Positions 27,079-38,070 of a DNA stretch of 64,000 nucleotides are shown one piece after another (position 1 is the first letter of the stretch; every line of letters starts with the position of its first letter). Source of the stretch: Granulicella sp. (GTDB taxonomy: Bacteria; Acidobacteriota; Terriglobia; Terriglobales; Acidobacteriaceae); the NCBI GenBank assembly GCA_965198545.1, contig CBDAPS010000003.1, forward strand, positions 103,255 to 167,254, in the 5' to 3' direction. Below the pieces are notes generated by a model that saw nothing but the letters and a program-made list of their open reading frames with translations, was not told the DNA's origin and ran no database searches. Made by a program: the position numbers and the translations under genes.

Positions 27079-27201
27079 TCATAGTGAGCGAACTCCTTAT
27101 CGCGTCAGTGCCTATTGCCGAACATATGAGGACGGCGGCTATACTGAAGACAGTTCTTTGACAGCGCTGCGAATGCAACGCTCGAAGCTGCTCCACCAAG
27201 T

Positions 27202-27555
27202 GGGGGCGTCATGGTTTCGACGGGGTTGCTTGTGGCAGAGAGGCATGCCGGGGTGTGGACACCCGTAATCGCTCACAAAACTATAAGTGCCGAACCTCAA
27301 TTCGCGCTTGCTGCTTAATCATTAAGTAGCCGATTGCTTCCGCTTCGCCTACGGGCGGATACCAATCGTCGCACAGTAGGCTGGTCAAAGCTGTTCCGTC
27401 TGGACGGCACTGACGAGATCAATCAGACTGGTCGGTTTCGCGTCTTCGCCCGTTCTAAGCGACGCTGACGAGACAAAGATGAACCTGGGAAAAGCATGAA
27501 TGCTCTCTGTCGTTGGTTTCTTCGGACGGGAGTTCGATTCTCCCCGCCTCCACCA
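27202..27555 (+). ncRNA. ssrA: tmRNA; tag peptide AEPQFALAA* at 27289-27318
   Basis: 5' GGGGGCGTCATGGTTTCGAC; 3' GGGAGTTCGATTCTCCCCGCCTCCACCA with G3:U pair; tag ORF ending in LAA; 354 nt. Confidence 0.97.
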
Positions 27556-27673
27556 CTTCAACTTTGCCCTACAGTTCGGTTCCGTTTAGGCGCCCGATGC
27601 GGTCTCGAAAAGAGAGCGCCACGTCGCGAGAGACGAACGACAAGCCCGGCAGAGTGGCACCAAGCTGTGAAAA

Positions 27674-27698
27674 GTTTGAATTCACACCGCCTCCACCA
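27674..27698 (+). mobile_element. att-like degenerate duplicate of the tmRNA 3' end
   Basis: GTTTGAATTCACACCGCCTCCACCA versus tmRNA GTTCGATTCTCCCCGCCTCCACCA; the terminal 12 bp are identical. Confidence 0.6.
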
Positions 27699-27745
27699 AA
27701 TTTTCAAAATCTGTAAATCACCAAGCACGCGGTGCTCATGATGAG

Positions 27746-28621
27746 TTGTCGCGCAACTTTTCATTGCTCCTCCCATGGAAAGCTGCCATCCTAGGCGTAT
27801 TCTCCGGAGTACTTATGCACACCGCGTTTCTGCAGCAGACGATTGTCTGGGTGTGGCTGGTGATGGCCGTTGCCGCCATCGCCGGCGTGTTTGTCCAGTT
27901 CGTACTGTCCATCGGTAGAAGTGAGTACAACTGCGATCATCTGGCGCTCGGTTTACTAGGGCAGCAGGCGGCGTTCGGACTGCTCTTTCTTACTCTCTCT
28001 GCTGCCGGCCACCCACTGATGGCGCTTTTCGGCTGGCGCATTCTGGCGTCGACTTCTGTACTCCTTGCCCTCGCAGCCTTGTTGCTCTCCCTTGGTCTGT
28101 CAACCCGCATCTTGCGCAACCACGGTATGTGGATCTTTCTTGCAGCCTCAACTGTGTTCGCGTGCACCTTCGCTGCCGCCAGTTTTCTCCTGAAAAGTGG
28201 TCCCGTATTCGCAACTCTTCCCGTGAGCGGACTTCGCGCGGCCCAGGTTGCTCTTAGTTTCACGGTGATCCCTGGTCTGTTGATTTTTGCGGTACTCACG
28301 GCCTATTTGACATCGCTCTTCGCATCCAGTGTTCAGCGCGAAGGGCTTTCGATTGAATTTCTCGACGGCGGAATCGGAGGAGGCTCCCGCATCGGACGAG
28401 TCCCGGCAGCTGTTAGCTATCTGCTTGGGATGATTCTCACTGGTTCCGTCTTTGTAATGCTTCTGATGCATGGGGAGATGCTCCTCTCGACGCCTGAATC
28501 ACTCCGAGGTGAAGCTCCTGTTCCGTCCTCCTCTTTGGCGGCCCCGTCGAGTACAGCGCCGAACGCCGCCAAGTTACCGGCGTCCTCCGGACAGGAACCG
28601 GCCGCCAAGCGCGGCGAGTAA
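27746..28621 (+). CDS. Multi-pass membrane protein of unknown function
   Basis: About 8 hydrophobic segments, GGIGGG loop before the last helix, Ser/Ala/Pro tail; start codon uncertain. Confidence 0.7.
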   Translation: MSRNFSLLLPWKAAILGVFSGVLMHTAFLQQTIVWVWLVMAVAAIAGVFVQFVLSIGRSEYNCDHLALGLLGQQAAFGLLFLTLSAAGHPLMALFGWRILASTSVLLALAALLLSLGLSTRILRNHGMWIFLAASTVFACTFAAASFLLKSGPVFATLPVSGLRAAQVALSFTVIPGLLIFAVLTAYLTSLFASSVQREGLSIEFLDGGIGGGSRIGRVPAAVSYLLGMILTGSVFVMLLMHGEMLLSTPESLRGEAPVPSSSLAAPSSTAPNAAKLPASSGQEPAAKRGE

Positions 28622-28640
28622 GTAGCCGTCCGAGCTCATT

Positions 28641-31600
28641 ATGCCTATTCGCATCGTCGAGACCCGATCGTCCGATCATTCCGATGACTCCCGGATCTTT
28701 ATCGGGTCGTCCGCGTTGAGCCTCCTCGAATCGGAGTTGCAGGCCTATTGCGAGCGGAAGGTTGGCGGCCGCTCATTCCTGATCGCAGGACATCGTGGCG
28801 CCGGGAAGACCACCCTGGTGGACGCCGCGATTCAGCGTGTGGCCGACACCTTTCTTTCGCAGCGTGCACGACAGCCGCGCGGTTTCCGAGGGACCGAAGG
28901 GGTCACGCTGCGCCCACTCCTGGTGCCGCTTCAGGGTCCGAACCTGCTACCGGATTCGCAAGACGGGGAAGGCACGAGCCAAGCATCTACGAAGACGGGA
29001 ACAACTGCCACGCCCACGCTGACTGATCGCTCCAGCAGCAGCGAACAGGCAGCGGGTGCCTGCAAGAGCGCAGATGCGGCGACCGCGGATTCTCCATCCT
29101 GCTCCACAGAAACAGTGCTCATTCAGATCATCCTCGGTCTTTACCGAGCACTTGCTGATGAGTTCATCCGTGCCTACACGGAACGTGTCTACCAAGGTCT
29201 GAACTGGCGCTCTTTGGACCCGGCAAATCTTCCTCCAAACGCGACTCTCATGCTCGAACTGGCCGCCCAATTTGAGCTTGATCTGGACGAGTATCCGGGG
29301 CAAGCGCGCCTTCGTGATTACTGGCGCCGAATTGGCGTTCTCGAACAGGGGGTTCTCTTTCCGAGCTCAGAGGATCGGCGCGTCGGTAATGGCTATAGCG
29401 AGCTAGTAGCGTTGGCCTCTGCCTGCGAGGCCTATCAGCGCATCTGCGGTCACTTTACGCGATCGCAGGAGACCAGCTCCGACCAAGAACGCCAATCCAA
29501 GGCGGCGCTGGAGTTGGAGGTGAAGGGTAACGCGCTATTGAAACCGCTGGCAGCACTCCTCGCCGGAGGCGCGGTCGGCGCCGGCCTCTCAGCAGCGGGG
29601 GCTCCGAACGCGCTTTCGATCTTTGGCGGAGCGATCGCATCGCTTCTTTCCACTCTCGCTGTCCGCTACTCTGCCTCGCGCTCCAAGCGGCAGGCCATGA
29701 AACGTTCCGAATTGTTTATTCCCGACCTTTCCGTAGCTACGCTGGACCGCGTTTTGCCGGTATTGATCCAGCGCATTGTCCGTGCAGGGCTCGCGCCAGT
29801 GTTTGTTGTGGATGAACTTGACAAGGTGGATCTCTCGGATCGCATCACGGACATGGTGAAGCGGTTGAAGAAACTGGTCGCGGAACGTGCCTTCTTTTGC
29901 TTTCTTACGGACAGGAAGTACTTCGAGGAGCTTTCGGGACGGACGGCAGATACGCCCTACCCGATCGAATATACGTACTACAGTCATCAACTCTTCATCG
30001 TCTACAGTCATCACGATCTTCATGCCTATCTCAATGCAGTTCTGCAGCCCACGCGGTCTTCCAAAGAAAGCCCGGTGCTCCCGAACAAGCCATCTCCAAG
30101 CGCGGACGCCGCAACTCCGAATCCAGCTGCTAAACCTTCCTCGTCTGCCGCGCCCGCGCAAGCCATCATCGACGACGATGCGATCGATGTACAAATTTTG
30201 CCGTACCTGATCCTGCACGCCTCAGAGATGCACACCATTGACGTGCGGCGCCGACTGCTGGAACTCCGGAACGGCAGCGGAGAAGTGTCCTACAGTCCCG
30301 GCGATGTGCGGTATCACCCAAGCTTCCGTTACGCTTTGCTGATTCAGATCGCGGTGGAAACTGCACTTGAGGTTCCAGACATGCTCGCGGAACTGAGACT
30401 GCGTCCAGCCTTTCTCCAGATCGCCCGTGATGCCCTGTATTACGTCTCCCGCCGATGGAATCACTGCCCGGTACCTCTCGATTTGAGCGATAAACCGGGC
30501 CGGAGTCACTTCGAAACCTACCTGCGTCAACGGATGGAAACCAGTGTGGAGCTTGCTCGTTCAACCCAGGCAGTTGCGAGGCAAGACGGAACCCGGGAAC
30601 CTTTGCAGGAGGCAACTGCGGCGCAAGTTTCGAATTCAGACACCTGCCGCATAGAGCCCGCCGTGGTGACCTTTCTCTTTGCGCAGGTGCGGGCGCTGGC
30701 CGCAGCGCTTACCGATATTGAAAAGGTTCGGGTTCCAGCAGCCGGGCGCGGAATTGCCTCTGTCATCCTAGAAAGCCTTCCGGTCCAGCCTCTTCTACAC
30801 CGAGTCGCGGAGAACCAGTATCGCTGGCACTCCTACCGCTCCGGCCGGGATGCAACCGCGGCTGACGTAAGTCGTTCCGCTACTTCCGCCCCTGCCCCGT
30901 CACCCTCTGTCTGGGCCACGGAGGTAGGCATTATCGAAGAGTTCGATCTGGGTCTTTCTGAATTGTTGAAAGGCGTGGATCCGGGGGTACTTAGTAACTC
31001 ACTGGGAATACTTCCAACAACACCCGCGTGGACAGCTACCCAAGCCGCATGCAGAAGGCTTCGTGACAGCGAAGCCGCCGAGGCTTCGTACGCGGAGATC
31101 GACACAGATATCTCCTGTATTCGTGAGTACACCGTCAATCTTCGCCAGAACGCCAAAGCATTCGCCCAGGCGCTGATCTTTTCGAGCGCTTTATCGATGG
31201 GCGGGCTCATCGCGTACAGCGATGATTATTGGCCTCTTGCGATCACCTCTGATCTGCTTCGGCTCCGTCACGTCTCAGCAAATGCGGTCCGGTCCAAGCT
31301 GGAGCAGCTATTTCAAGAAATGGCGCCTGAAGACGCACCTGCGCCGATTCCGAGTCTGGACACCAACCTTACGGACAAAACTGAGGTATCCGCCTGGCTT
31401 CGCCGAATGGTTGAGTTAGCGAAGGACCCGAAGTTAGCAAGTCTCACGTCATCGAAAACGGCTGCTATCGTCGATGCCTGGAAGTATTGGAAGAGCCGCC
31501 TCAGTTTCGCCACGATCACGGCGCGAGATCCCGGGGTCGCCGTTTTCGTCTGCGCGCTACAGCGTATCGGCCCTGGACGGTTTCTCGACATGGACCCGGC

Positions 31601-32246
31601 GGACATGACCATCTCGCGATGGAGTGAGATATTCCTGCTGGGTATCAACCCGCAGAAGAATGATCCAGAGAACGTGCCTCCGCCGTGGTTAGTGCTTCAA
31701 GCGGCTGCTCGTTTGGGATTCGGAATGGCGGTCTCCCAATCCAGAGACCTGATGAGCCGCATTGGAGCCGCCGCTGAAGACTTCACTTCTACTATTTATT
31801 CCCCGACGACTACCGGAAGCTCCGCCCTGGTACTAAGCCTGAATAGCGGCCTCGTTTACTCGTGGATACCGAATCCATCTTTCCCCATCCTCTTTGCGAG
31901 GTCCAACAACTTCGATGCTTTTCGCACCGTTCCCGAATTGAAGCAGCTAGGCTTTACGTTTTTGGCGCTCGACGGGGAAGACTCCAACTGGTTTCCGCCA
32001 CCTGATCCGAAGACCTCCGCGGTTACTACGCCTTCAAATCCAACCGATTTCCAGCCAGCACTGGTTGAAACGATCACCAACTTTGGCTTTTCGATCACCG
32101 ACAACATTCCAGTGGTTGTCAGCAGTCTTGCTCAGAATCGAAATTGGTCACCAAATTTTCATCCCATCTCTCCGGAGAGCCCTGAAGAACTTTTCCGTAT
32201 CAGCCAGTTATTGAAAGAAAATACTCCCAAGCCTACGCAGGCCTGA
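28641..32246 (+). CDS. Large P-loop NTPase, KAP-like, with TM hairpin insert
   Basis: Walker A GHRGAGKTT, Walker B VFVVDELDK, two hydrophobic helices between them, FCFLTD strand; about 700-aa uncharacterised C-terminus. Confidence 0.8.
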   Translation: MPIRIVETRSSDHSDDSRIFIGSSALSLLESELQAYCERKVGGRSFLIAGHRGAGKTTLVDAAIQRVADTFLSQRARQPRGFRGTEGVTLRPLLVPLQGPNLLPDSQDGEGTSQASTKTGTTATPTLTDRSSSSEQAAGACKSADAATADSPSCSTETVLIQIILGLYRALADEFIRAYTERVYQGLNWRSLDPANLPPNATLMLELAAQFELDLDEYPGQARLRDYWRRIGVLEQGVLFPSSEDRRVGNGYSELVALASACEAYQRICGHFTRSQETSSDQERQSKAALELEVKGNALLKPLAALLAGGAVGAGLSAAGAPNALSIFGGAIASLLSTLAVRYSASRSKRQAMKRSELFIPDLSVATLDRVLPVLIQRIVRAGLAPVFVVDELDKVDLSDRITDMVKRLKKLVAERAFFCFLTDRKYFEELSGRTADTPYPIEYTYYSHQLFIVYSHHDLHAYLNAVLQPTRSSKESPVLPNKPSPSADAATPNPAAKPSSSAAPAQAIIDDDAIDVQILPYLILHASEMHTIDVRRRLLELRNGSGEVSYSPGDVRYHPSFRYALLIQIAVETALEVPDMLAELRLRPAFLQIARDALYYVSRRWNHCPVPLDLSDKPGRSHFETYLRQRMETSVELARSTQAVARQDGTREPLQEATAAQVSNSDTCRIEPAVVTFLFAQVRALAAALTDIEKVRVPAAGRGIASVILESLPVQPLLHRVAENQYRWHSYRSGRDATAADVSRSATSAPAPSPSVWATEVGIIEEFDLGLSELLKGVDPGVLSNSLGILPTTPAWTATQAACRRLRDSEAAEASYAEIDTDISCIREYTVNLRQNAKAFAQALIFSSALSMGGLIAYSDDYWPLAITSDLLRLRHVSANAVRSKLEQLFQEMAPEDAPAPIPSLDTNLTDKTEVSAWLRRMVELAKDPKLASLTSSKTAAIVDAWKYWKSRLSFATITARDPGVAVFVCALQRIGPGRFLDMDPADMTISRWSEIFLLGINPQKNDPENVPPPWLVLQAAARLGFGMAVSQSRDLMSRIGAAAEDFTSTIYSPTTTGSSALVLSLNSGLVYSWIPNPSFPILFARSNNFDAFRTVPELKQLGFTFLALDGEDSNWFPPPDPKTSAVTTPSNPTDFQPALVETITNFGFSITDNIPVVVSSLAQNRNWSPNFHPISPESPEELFRISQLLKENTPKPTQA

Positions 32247-32275
32247 ACTCGCTTAGCCGCTTTGAAATACAAGCT

Positions 32276-32319
32276 GAACAGCAAGGTGCCGGCTCGTGCG
32301 AGCCGGCACCTTGCTGTTC
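32276..32319. terminator. Long hairpin between convergent genes
   Basis: GAACAGCAAGGTGCCGGCTC-GTGC-GAGCCGGCACCTTGCTGTTC, 20-bp perfect stem. Confidence 0.8.
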
Positions 32320-32329
32320 GGCCTCTTCG

Positions 32330-35300
32330 TTAGAAGGAAAGCTTGAGCGCGAGTTGGACGAGGCGCGGGTTGTTGACGGTTGAGTTGACGGCGCCGAAAC
32401 CGGACTCGTTGATGTCGTTGATGGGCATGCCAAACTGCGGATGGTTGAAGAGGTTAAAGAACTCCGCACGGAAGTTGAGGCCCATGTCCCTGCGCGGAAG
32501 AGCGAACTGCTTGATCAGCGAGAAGTCGCTGTTCCAAAAGTCGGGGCCGACGACAGGAACACGGCTTGCGTTGCCGAGATTGCCGGGAGTAGCGGGCGTG
32601 AAGCAGCTCTTGTTGATCCACTGATGAACACCAACGCCGTGGTTGGTGTTCCCGTAAAGATTGCAGCCGGCGACCTGATCGGGACGGTTCCAGTTGTTGC
32701 TGTTGCCGCCGGTGTTGAACGAGACGCCGGACTGGTTGTTGCTGTTAATGAGAGGAACCGGGAAGCCTGATGAAGCGCGCTCGATCAAGGTAACCTGCCA
32801 ACCTCCGATGAGGCTGTTCGTCACAGGGTTCCAGTCAGAGCCGAAACGACGGCCTCGGCCGAAGGGAAGATCATAGATGACGCTGCCGGTGAAGCTGTTG
32901 TTGAGATTGATCTGCGACAATGCGCGGTCAAGGCTCTGCCAGTTGGGGAATGGAAAGTAGGGTGCGCTGAGCTCAGAGCCTAGACCGTCGCTGAGGCCGT
33001 CGTCGTAGGTCTTCGAGTAGGTGTAGGCGACCAGAGCATAGAGGCCGTGCCTAGGCGTCTTCGTTTCTGCCTTGATCTGAAGCGAGTTGTAGCTGGTGAT
33101 GCCGAGGTCGCCGGCCTCCAGGATTGCGTTGAAGTTCGACACAGTATAGGGCGTGGTGTACGGCGCGTTGCCGACGCAGCCGATGTGGTTTGAGCTGGCC
33201 GAAGCGCATCCCGAAGGGCCATTGGTGTTCAGAGCGTTGCCCAGTATCAGGAGGTGAGTGCCGTGAGCTCCCGCATAGCCTCCAGTCATCACGAGAGTGC
33301 CGAAGAGCTGGCGCTCGACGTTGACGTTGTACTGCTGAACACGGCCGAGCTTGAGGTTGGTGGGCTCGTAGGTGAACGCGCCTTGATAGTTGGCGAGCGT
33401 GGATGCCGTGGGGAGCAACTGGAAGCCTGAAGCGAGGCTGGGGCCGCTGAAGTTGTCGGACTCGCCAAGGAAGGGCGGATTCTGCCAGAGGCCTTGCGCG
33501 CCCTGGCTCCACGCTGAGTCGTGGTAGAGCGAGTAGCCGCCACGGAGCACAGTCTTGTCACTGCCGAAGACCTTCCATGCAGCGCCGACGCGGGGCTCGA
33601 TGGTGGTCCAATCCATGTTGATGCCAGCCGAGGAGCCGACGCCATTCTGGTTGGCGATAAGCAGGCTGCCGCCGCTGGCGGACGGAATGTAGTCCGCCAT
33701 CTTGCCATGCACTTCGGTGATCGGCGTGGTCATGTCATAGGCGACGCTGAGATTGAGCGTGAGCGAGGGCGTGATTCTCCAATCATCGGCAACGAACGGA
33801 CGCCAAATGTTCCAGCGGCGGCCGGTAACGGCACCCTGATAGGTCTGGTCGTGGATGGCGCCACCGGTGTGGCCGAGCAGAAAGTCTGCTTCGGAGTCGC
33901 CGGGAACCGTGCCGCCGTTGCCGGTAAGATTGCCGATAACACCGACGAGCCAGAAACCGTCGGCGAATGCTTCGGAGCCGACGTTCATCTGGTTGATGCG
34001 CAAGTCGAGACCCGCTCGCACCTCATGCTTGCGCAGGATGATGTCCACCACATCCTTTACCGAGTAGATATCGGTTCCACCCTGGAACGGCGAGTAGCCG
34101 CGATCGCCAAGGGACCAGTAACCGCCGTTGGTGAATTCCGTGGAGACGAGCCCGCAGCTATACGCCCCAGCGACGCAGGTGAGGTTTGCGCCGGTGCCGG
34201 TGCAGCCAAGATTGGCGCCGGGGATGCCGAGCTTCGCGGAAGCGCAGGTTCCGGTACCCTGCGACAGGATGTAATCAAAAATGCGGTCGTAGCCGAAGCT
34301 GGCCTGGTTGAAGAACTTGGGCGAAAAGACGTGGGTTTCGCTGAGGACGAGATTGCGCGCGTGGTTGGCGATGCGCTGATTGCTGCCAAAGGGATTGGAT
34401 TCTGCAAAGGATCCGACGCCGCCACCGCCGGGCACGTAGGAGGTGGCCTGGTCATAGCTGAAGCGGCCGAAGGCTGTGTCCGCGGCAGAGAAGTTTTGGT
34501 CAATGCGCGCGTCGAACTTGGTCTCATTCAGACTGCGCACGGGCGAGTTGACGAAGTTGTAGTTCCCGGAGGCGTTGCTGGCGTTCGGCACGGGGTACAG
34601 GTTGATCATCGCCTGTCCGATGGGGTTGATCAGGTTGGCCGGAATCTTGTTGCATGGAGTTCCGGGGGCTTGGGTTCCATTCGGATTTGCCGGAATCGGG
34701 TTCCCCGCAAGGCACTGAAATGGCGTGCCCGTGTTGGGGTTCAGGATTCTGGGGACCGGAAGCACATTGCCAAATGGGCCGGCCGAAAAGTCGCCGGTGC
34801 GCATGGCCAGCGATGGGACGAGACCGGTGAAGGTAATGCCCTGACGCTGATATTTCTGCTCGGCATCGACGAAGAAGAAGGTCTTGTCCTTGCGGATGGG
34901 GCCACCGATCGCGCCGCCGAACTGGTTGAGGTTGAACTTGGTGGGCGTCTGCGAGAAGTAGTTGCGAGCGTCAAGTTTGGTGTTGCGGACGAACTCAAAG
35001 AGCGTGCCATGGAGGCCGTTGGTGCCGGACTTGGTGGTGACGAGGACGGTTGGGCCCGCACGGGTGCCGTACTCGGCGGAATAGGTATACGTGAGGACCT
35101 TGAACTCCGCGATGTCATCAATGGAGGAGAAGACGCCGATGCCGCCGGAGGTGAGCTCGTTGTTGTCGACACCGTCGAGGAGCCAGTCTGTACTGTTGGG
35201 ACGCGAGCCTCCGACGGAGAGCGAGAAGGAGCCGCGGGCGGCGACCTCGCTGTCGCTACCGGAGGTGAAGAAGCTGTTGGGATTGGTTTCCGCGGTGGCT

Positions 35301-35844
35301 CCCGCAGTGAGTGTGGCTAACTGGACGAAGTCTCGACCGTTGAGAGGCAGTTGCGAGACCTGCTGCGCGGTGATGACCTGGCCAAGCGCGGGGTTGGCGG
35401 TTTCAACGACTACCGCGTCACCGGTGACTTCTACCGTGGTGGACACGGTGGCGGGAGCGAGCGAGAAGTCGAGCTCGCGGGCTTCCTGCACCTGGAGGCG
35501 GAGACCCTTGGAGGCAGCGCTTTGGAAGCCGGTGTCGTCCACGCGTATGTCGTAGGTGCCAACCGGAGAAGCGGAACGATGTAGTGGCCGGAGGCGTCCG
35601 TTTTCGAGTTTCGGGAGAGGCCGGTTCCCTGCTCCGTTACGGAGACGGTGGCTCCGGGAAGCGCGAGGCCGGACCTATCCAGAACATTGCCCTGGAAGCT
35701 GCCGGCAGCCTGGGCATGGAGGCGCGGCGAGACGAAGGTGGCGAGGAGGCTGACGAAGATGAGGAGGAGCGTTCTGCGATGTGCTGACGGAACGTGAAAT
35801 TGTACTGACGGGAGAAACTTCTCCCCTGCTGGTGCGTGCTTCAT
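32330..35844 (-). pseudogene. Oar-type TonB-dependent receptor interrupted by a 1-nt frameshift near 35555
   Basis: N-terminal ORF (signal peptide, CarboxypepD_reg) in one frame; LPLNGRDF...NPRLVQLALKLSF in another. One added C restores VPLLPVGTYDIRV. Confidence 0.85.
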
Positions 35845-36009
35845 GATCCGCTCCGTTTCGACGCCTCACAGGGAGGGGTTCAATTGGGTCAACTGCATGG
35901 GCATGAGTTTTCTTGACTGTATGAAGTTGTCCATGGAATGTCAACGTGACGCGACAGAACAGCCCAAAGCCGGCGCAAAGCTTTTACCTGAGACGTTTAG
36001 GATGTCGTG

Positions 36010-36663
36010 ATGGCAGAGGATCGCAGTACAAAGGCTACGCGGATCGATGTAGCAACGTGGGAGCGTGCGGCGCTTTATGAGCTCTTCAGCACTTATGACG
36101 AGCCATTCCACGGGATTTGCGTGCGGGTGGACTGCACGGAAGCGTTCCGGTTTGCGAAGGCGAATGGCATGTCAGTGTTCTTAACGCAAGTTCACCGCGC
36201 CCTGGCAGCAGCCAACCGGGTCTCAAACTTCAAGACGCGTATCGTGGACGGCGAGGTGTGGCAGTACGCGACGATCCACGGTGGGAGCGCGGTAGGGCGG
36301 CCGAATGGGACGATCGGGTTCGGGCATTACGATTTTCATCCGGATGTGCTCGCCTTCGTACGCGAGGCGACGGTTGAAGTAGACCGCGTGCGGGCGAGGA
36401 CGGATCTGCAGCGAGCCAAAGGGCAGGACCTGATTCGGTTTTCCGCGCTGCCCTGGAACGACTTCACGTCGATCTCTCATGCGCGGGACTTCGGACGGCC
36501 TGACTCGGCGCCGAAGATCACCTTCGGGAAGATGACGGAGACTGGCGGGCGGATGAGTATGCCTGCTTCTATCCACGTGCACCACGCGCTGGCCGATGGC
36601 CTGCACGTGGCACAGTTTGTGGAGGAGTTTGAGCGGTGCCTGCGGGAGCCGGAGCTGGTGTAG
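36010..36663 (+). CDS. CatA-like O-acetyltransferase (chloramphenicol acetyltransferase fold)
   Basis: FSALPW, PKITFGK and catalytic HHALADG. Confidence 0.85.
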   Translation: MAEDRSTKATRIDVATWERAALYELFSTYDEPFHGICVRVDCTEAFRFAKANGMSVFLTQVHRALAAANRVSNFKTRIVDGEVWQYATIHGGSAVGRPNGTIGFGHYDFHPDVLAFVREATVEVDRVRARTDLQRAKGQDLIRFSALPWNDFTSISHARDFGRPDSAPKITFGKMTETGGRMSMPASIHVHHALADGLHVAQFVEEFERCLREPELV

Positions 36664-36687
36664 CGGTTCCCTACGTAGGGTCGCGAC

Positions 36688-38055
36688 TTAGTGCGCTGTG
36701 ATGGGAAGTGGCGGCTGCTTTGCGGTTTCCAACTTCAAGCCAAGAACGCCAGCTACTGTTGGAGCGATCTGGCGCATGTCGACGATGCCAAGGCTCTTGC
36801 CCCTGGCTATGCCTGTGCCGGTAGCGAAGAAGGAAGCTCGCATTTCGGGCGTGGTCCTGGGGTCGAAGCCGTGCGTGCCGCGATGACCGGGAACCGGGAT
36901 GGCAAGGTCGCCGGTGGATGTGCCGGTGGCCGCGAAACCCTTGCGGAGAGTGACCACGAAGGCGGCGTTGGGTGGGCCTCCTGCTGAAGCCACCTGGGCT
37001 GGGTCCAGGACGGCCTCGATGCCATTGGCTGGGTCAGCGGCCAGTGATTGAAGCAAAGCATAAACCCTCTGCTTGACCGCCTCATCGGCTGGATTGTGCA
37101 GCATGATGGCGAACATGCAGCCCAGAGCCCAAGGCTGAGCCAGCCATTGTGCGCCGGGTTTGGGTGCTGCGGGCATCAGGCCGGCCTTGACGAAGGCTAC
37201 GCCGAGGTTGAGGGCACGGTCGATGTCGGCGAAGCCGTGGTCCGAGACGACGACGACGACTGACTTGGGGTCGTTGGCGCGCTCCTGCGCGATAAGGCGG
37301 CCGAGCATGCTGTCGAGGGATTCGAGGTCGGAGTTGGCTTCGGCGCTGAAGGAGCCGTGGAGATGCTCTTCTTCGTCGAGCGAACTGAGGTGGATAGTCA
37401 TGAAGCGGGGCTTCTCGGTCTTGAGGATCTCGAGCGAGTAGCGGGTTTTGATCTCGTCGCCTTCGATGGTGGTTTCGTTGTCTTCGAGGTAGGGGACGCC
37501 GATGCGGTCGCCGATTCTGGAGACCTCGTTCAGAGGGTGGGAGATGGCGTTGAGGAGATAACGGTCGTCGGGGTTCTTTGTTTCGCCGAGGGTACCGCGC
37601 CAGTACTCGGGCAAGAGGATGTCGATGTCGTTGGAGTTGACGGTGACGGGCCAGCCGACGCTGGCCGTGCGAAGGCCGGCGGCGTGCGCGACGCTCCAGA
37701 GGGTGGGCACCTTGATCTGATCGGCGTACCAATACCACGCACCCGCCATGATGTGGTCGGGGTCGAAGCGCTGGTTGTTGAGCACGCCGTGTTCGGCGGG
37801 CCAAACGCCGGTGACGAGCGTGGTGTGGCTGGGGTAGGTCACTGTCGGAAAGACGCCGGTGACGCCTTCGGCGTAGGCACCGTCATGCATGAGGCCGCGC
37901 AGGGTCGGGAGCTTGAGGCCGTGCTCGTCAGCGTGGGTGACGTAGTCGGGGCGCATGCCGTCGACGGAGATCATGAGGACAGATGGCGATTGTTGCGCGG
38001 ATACAGCGATGGCGCTCAGCGCTAACGTGGCGGCAGCAGCTTGCTTTAAAAACAT
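36688..38055 (-). CDS. Ectonucleotide pyrophosphatase/phosphodiesterase family protein
   Basis: ISVDG, PTVTYPSHTTLVTG, D...H, SDHG, GTHG; signal peptide. Confidence 0.9.
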   Translation of the reverse strand: MFLKQAAAATLALSAIAVSAQQSPSVLMISVDGMRPDYVTHADEHGLKLPTLRGLMHDGAYAEGVTGVFPTVTYPSHTTLVTGVWPAEHGVLNNQRFDPDHIMAGAWYWYADQIKVPTLWSVAHAAGLRTASVGWPVTVNSNDIDILLPEYWRGTLGETKNPDDRYLLNAISHPLNEVSRIGDRIGVPYLEDNETTIEGDEIKTRYSLEILKTEKPRFMTIHLSSLDEEEHLHGSFSAEANSDLESLDSMLGRLIAQERANDPKSVVVVVSDHGFADIDRALNLGVAFVKAGLMPAAPKPGAQWLAQPWALGCMFAIMLHNPADEAVKQRVYALLQSLAADPANGIEAVLDPAQVASAGGPPNAAFVVTLRKGFAATGTSTGDLAIPVPGHRGTHGFDPRTTPEMRASFFATGTGIARGKSLGIVDMRQIAPTVAGVLGLKLETAKQPPLPITAH

Positions 38056-38070
38056 AAGTCCTCATAAAGT

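Noticed and set aside
33521-35320. 599-aa plus-strand ORF
   Set aside because: Antisense shadow of the TonB receptor.
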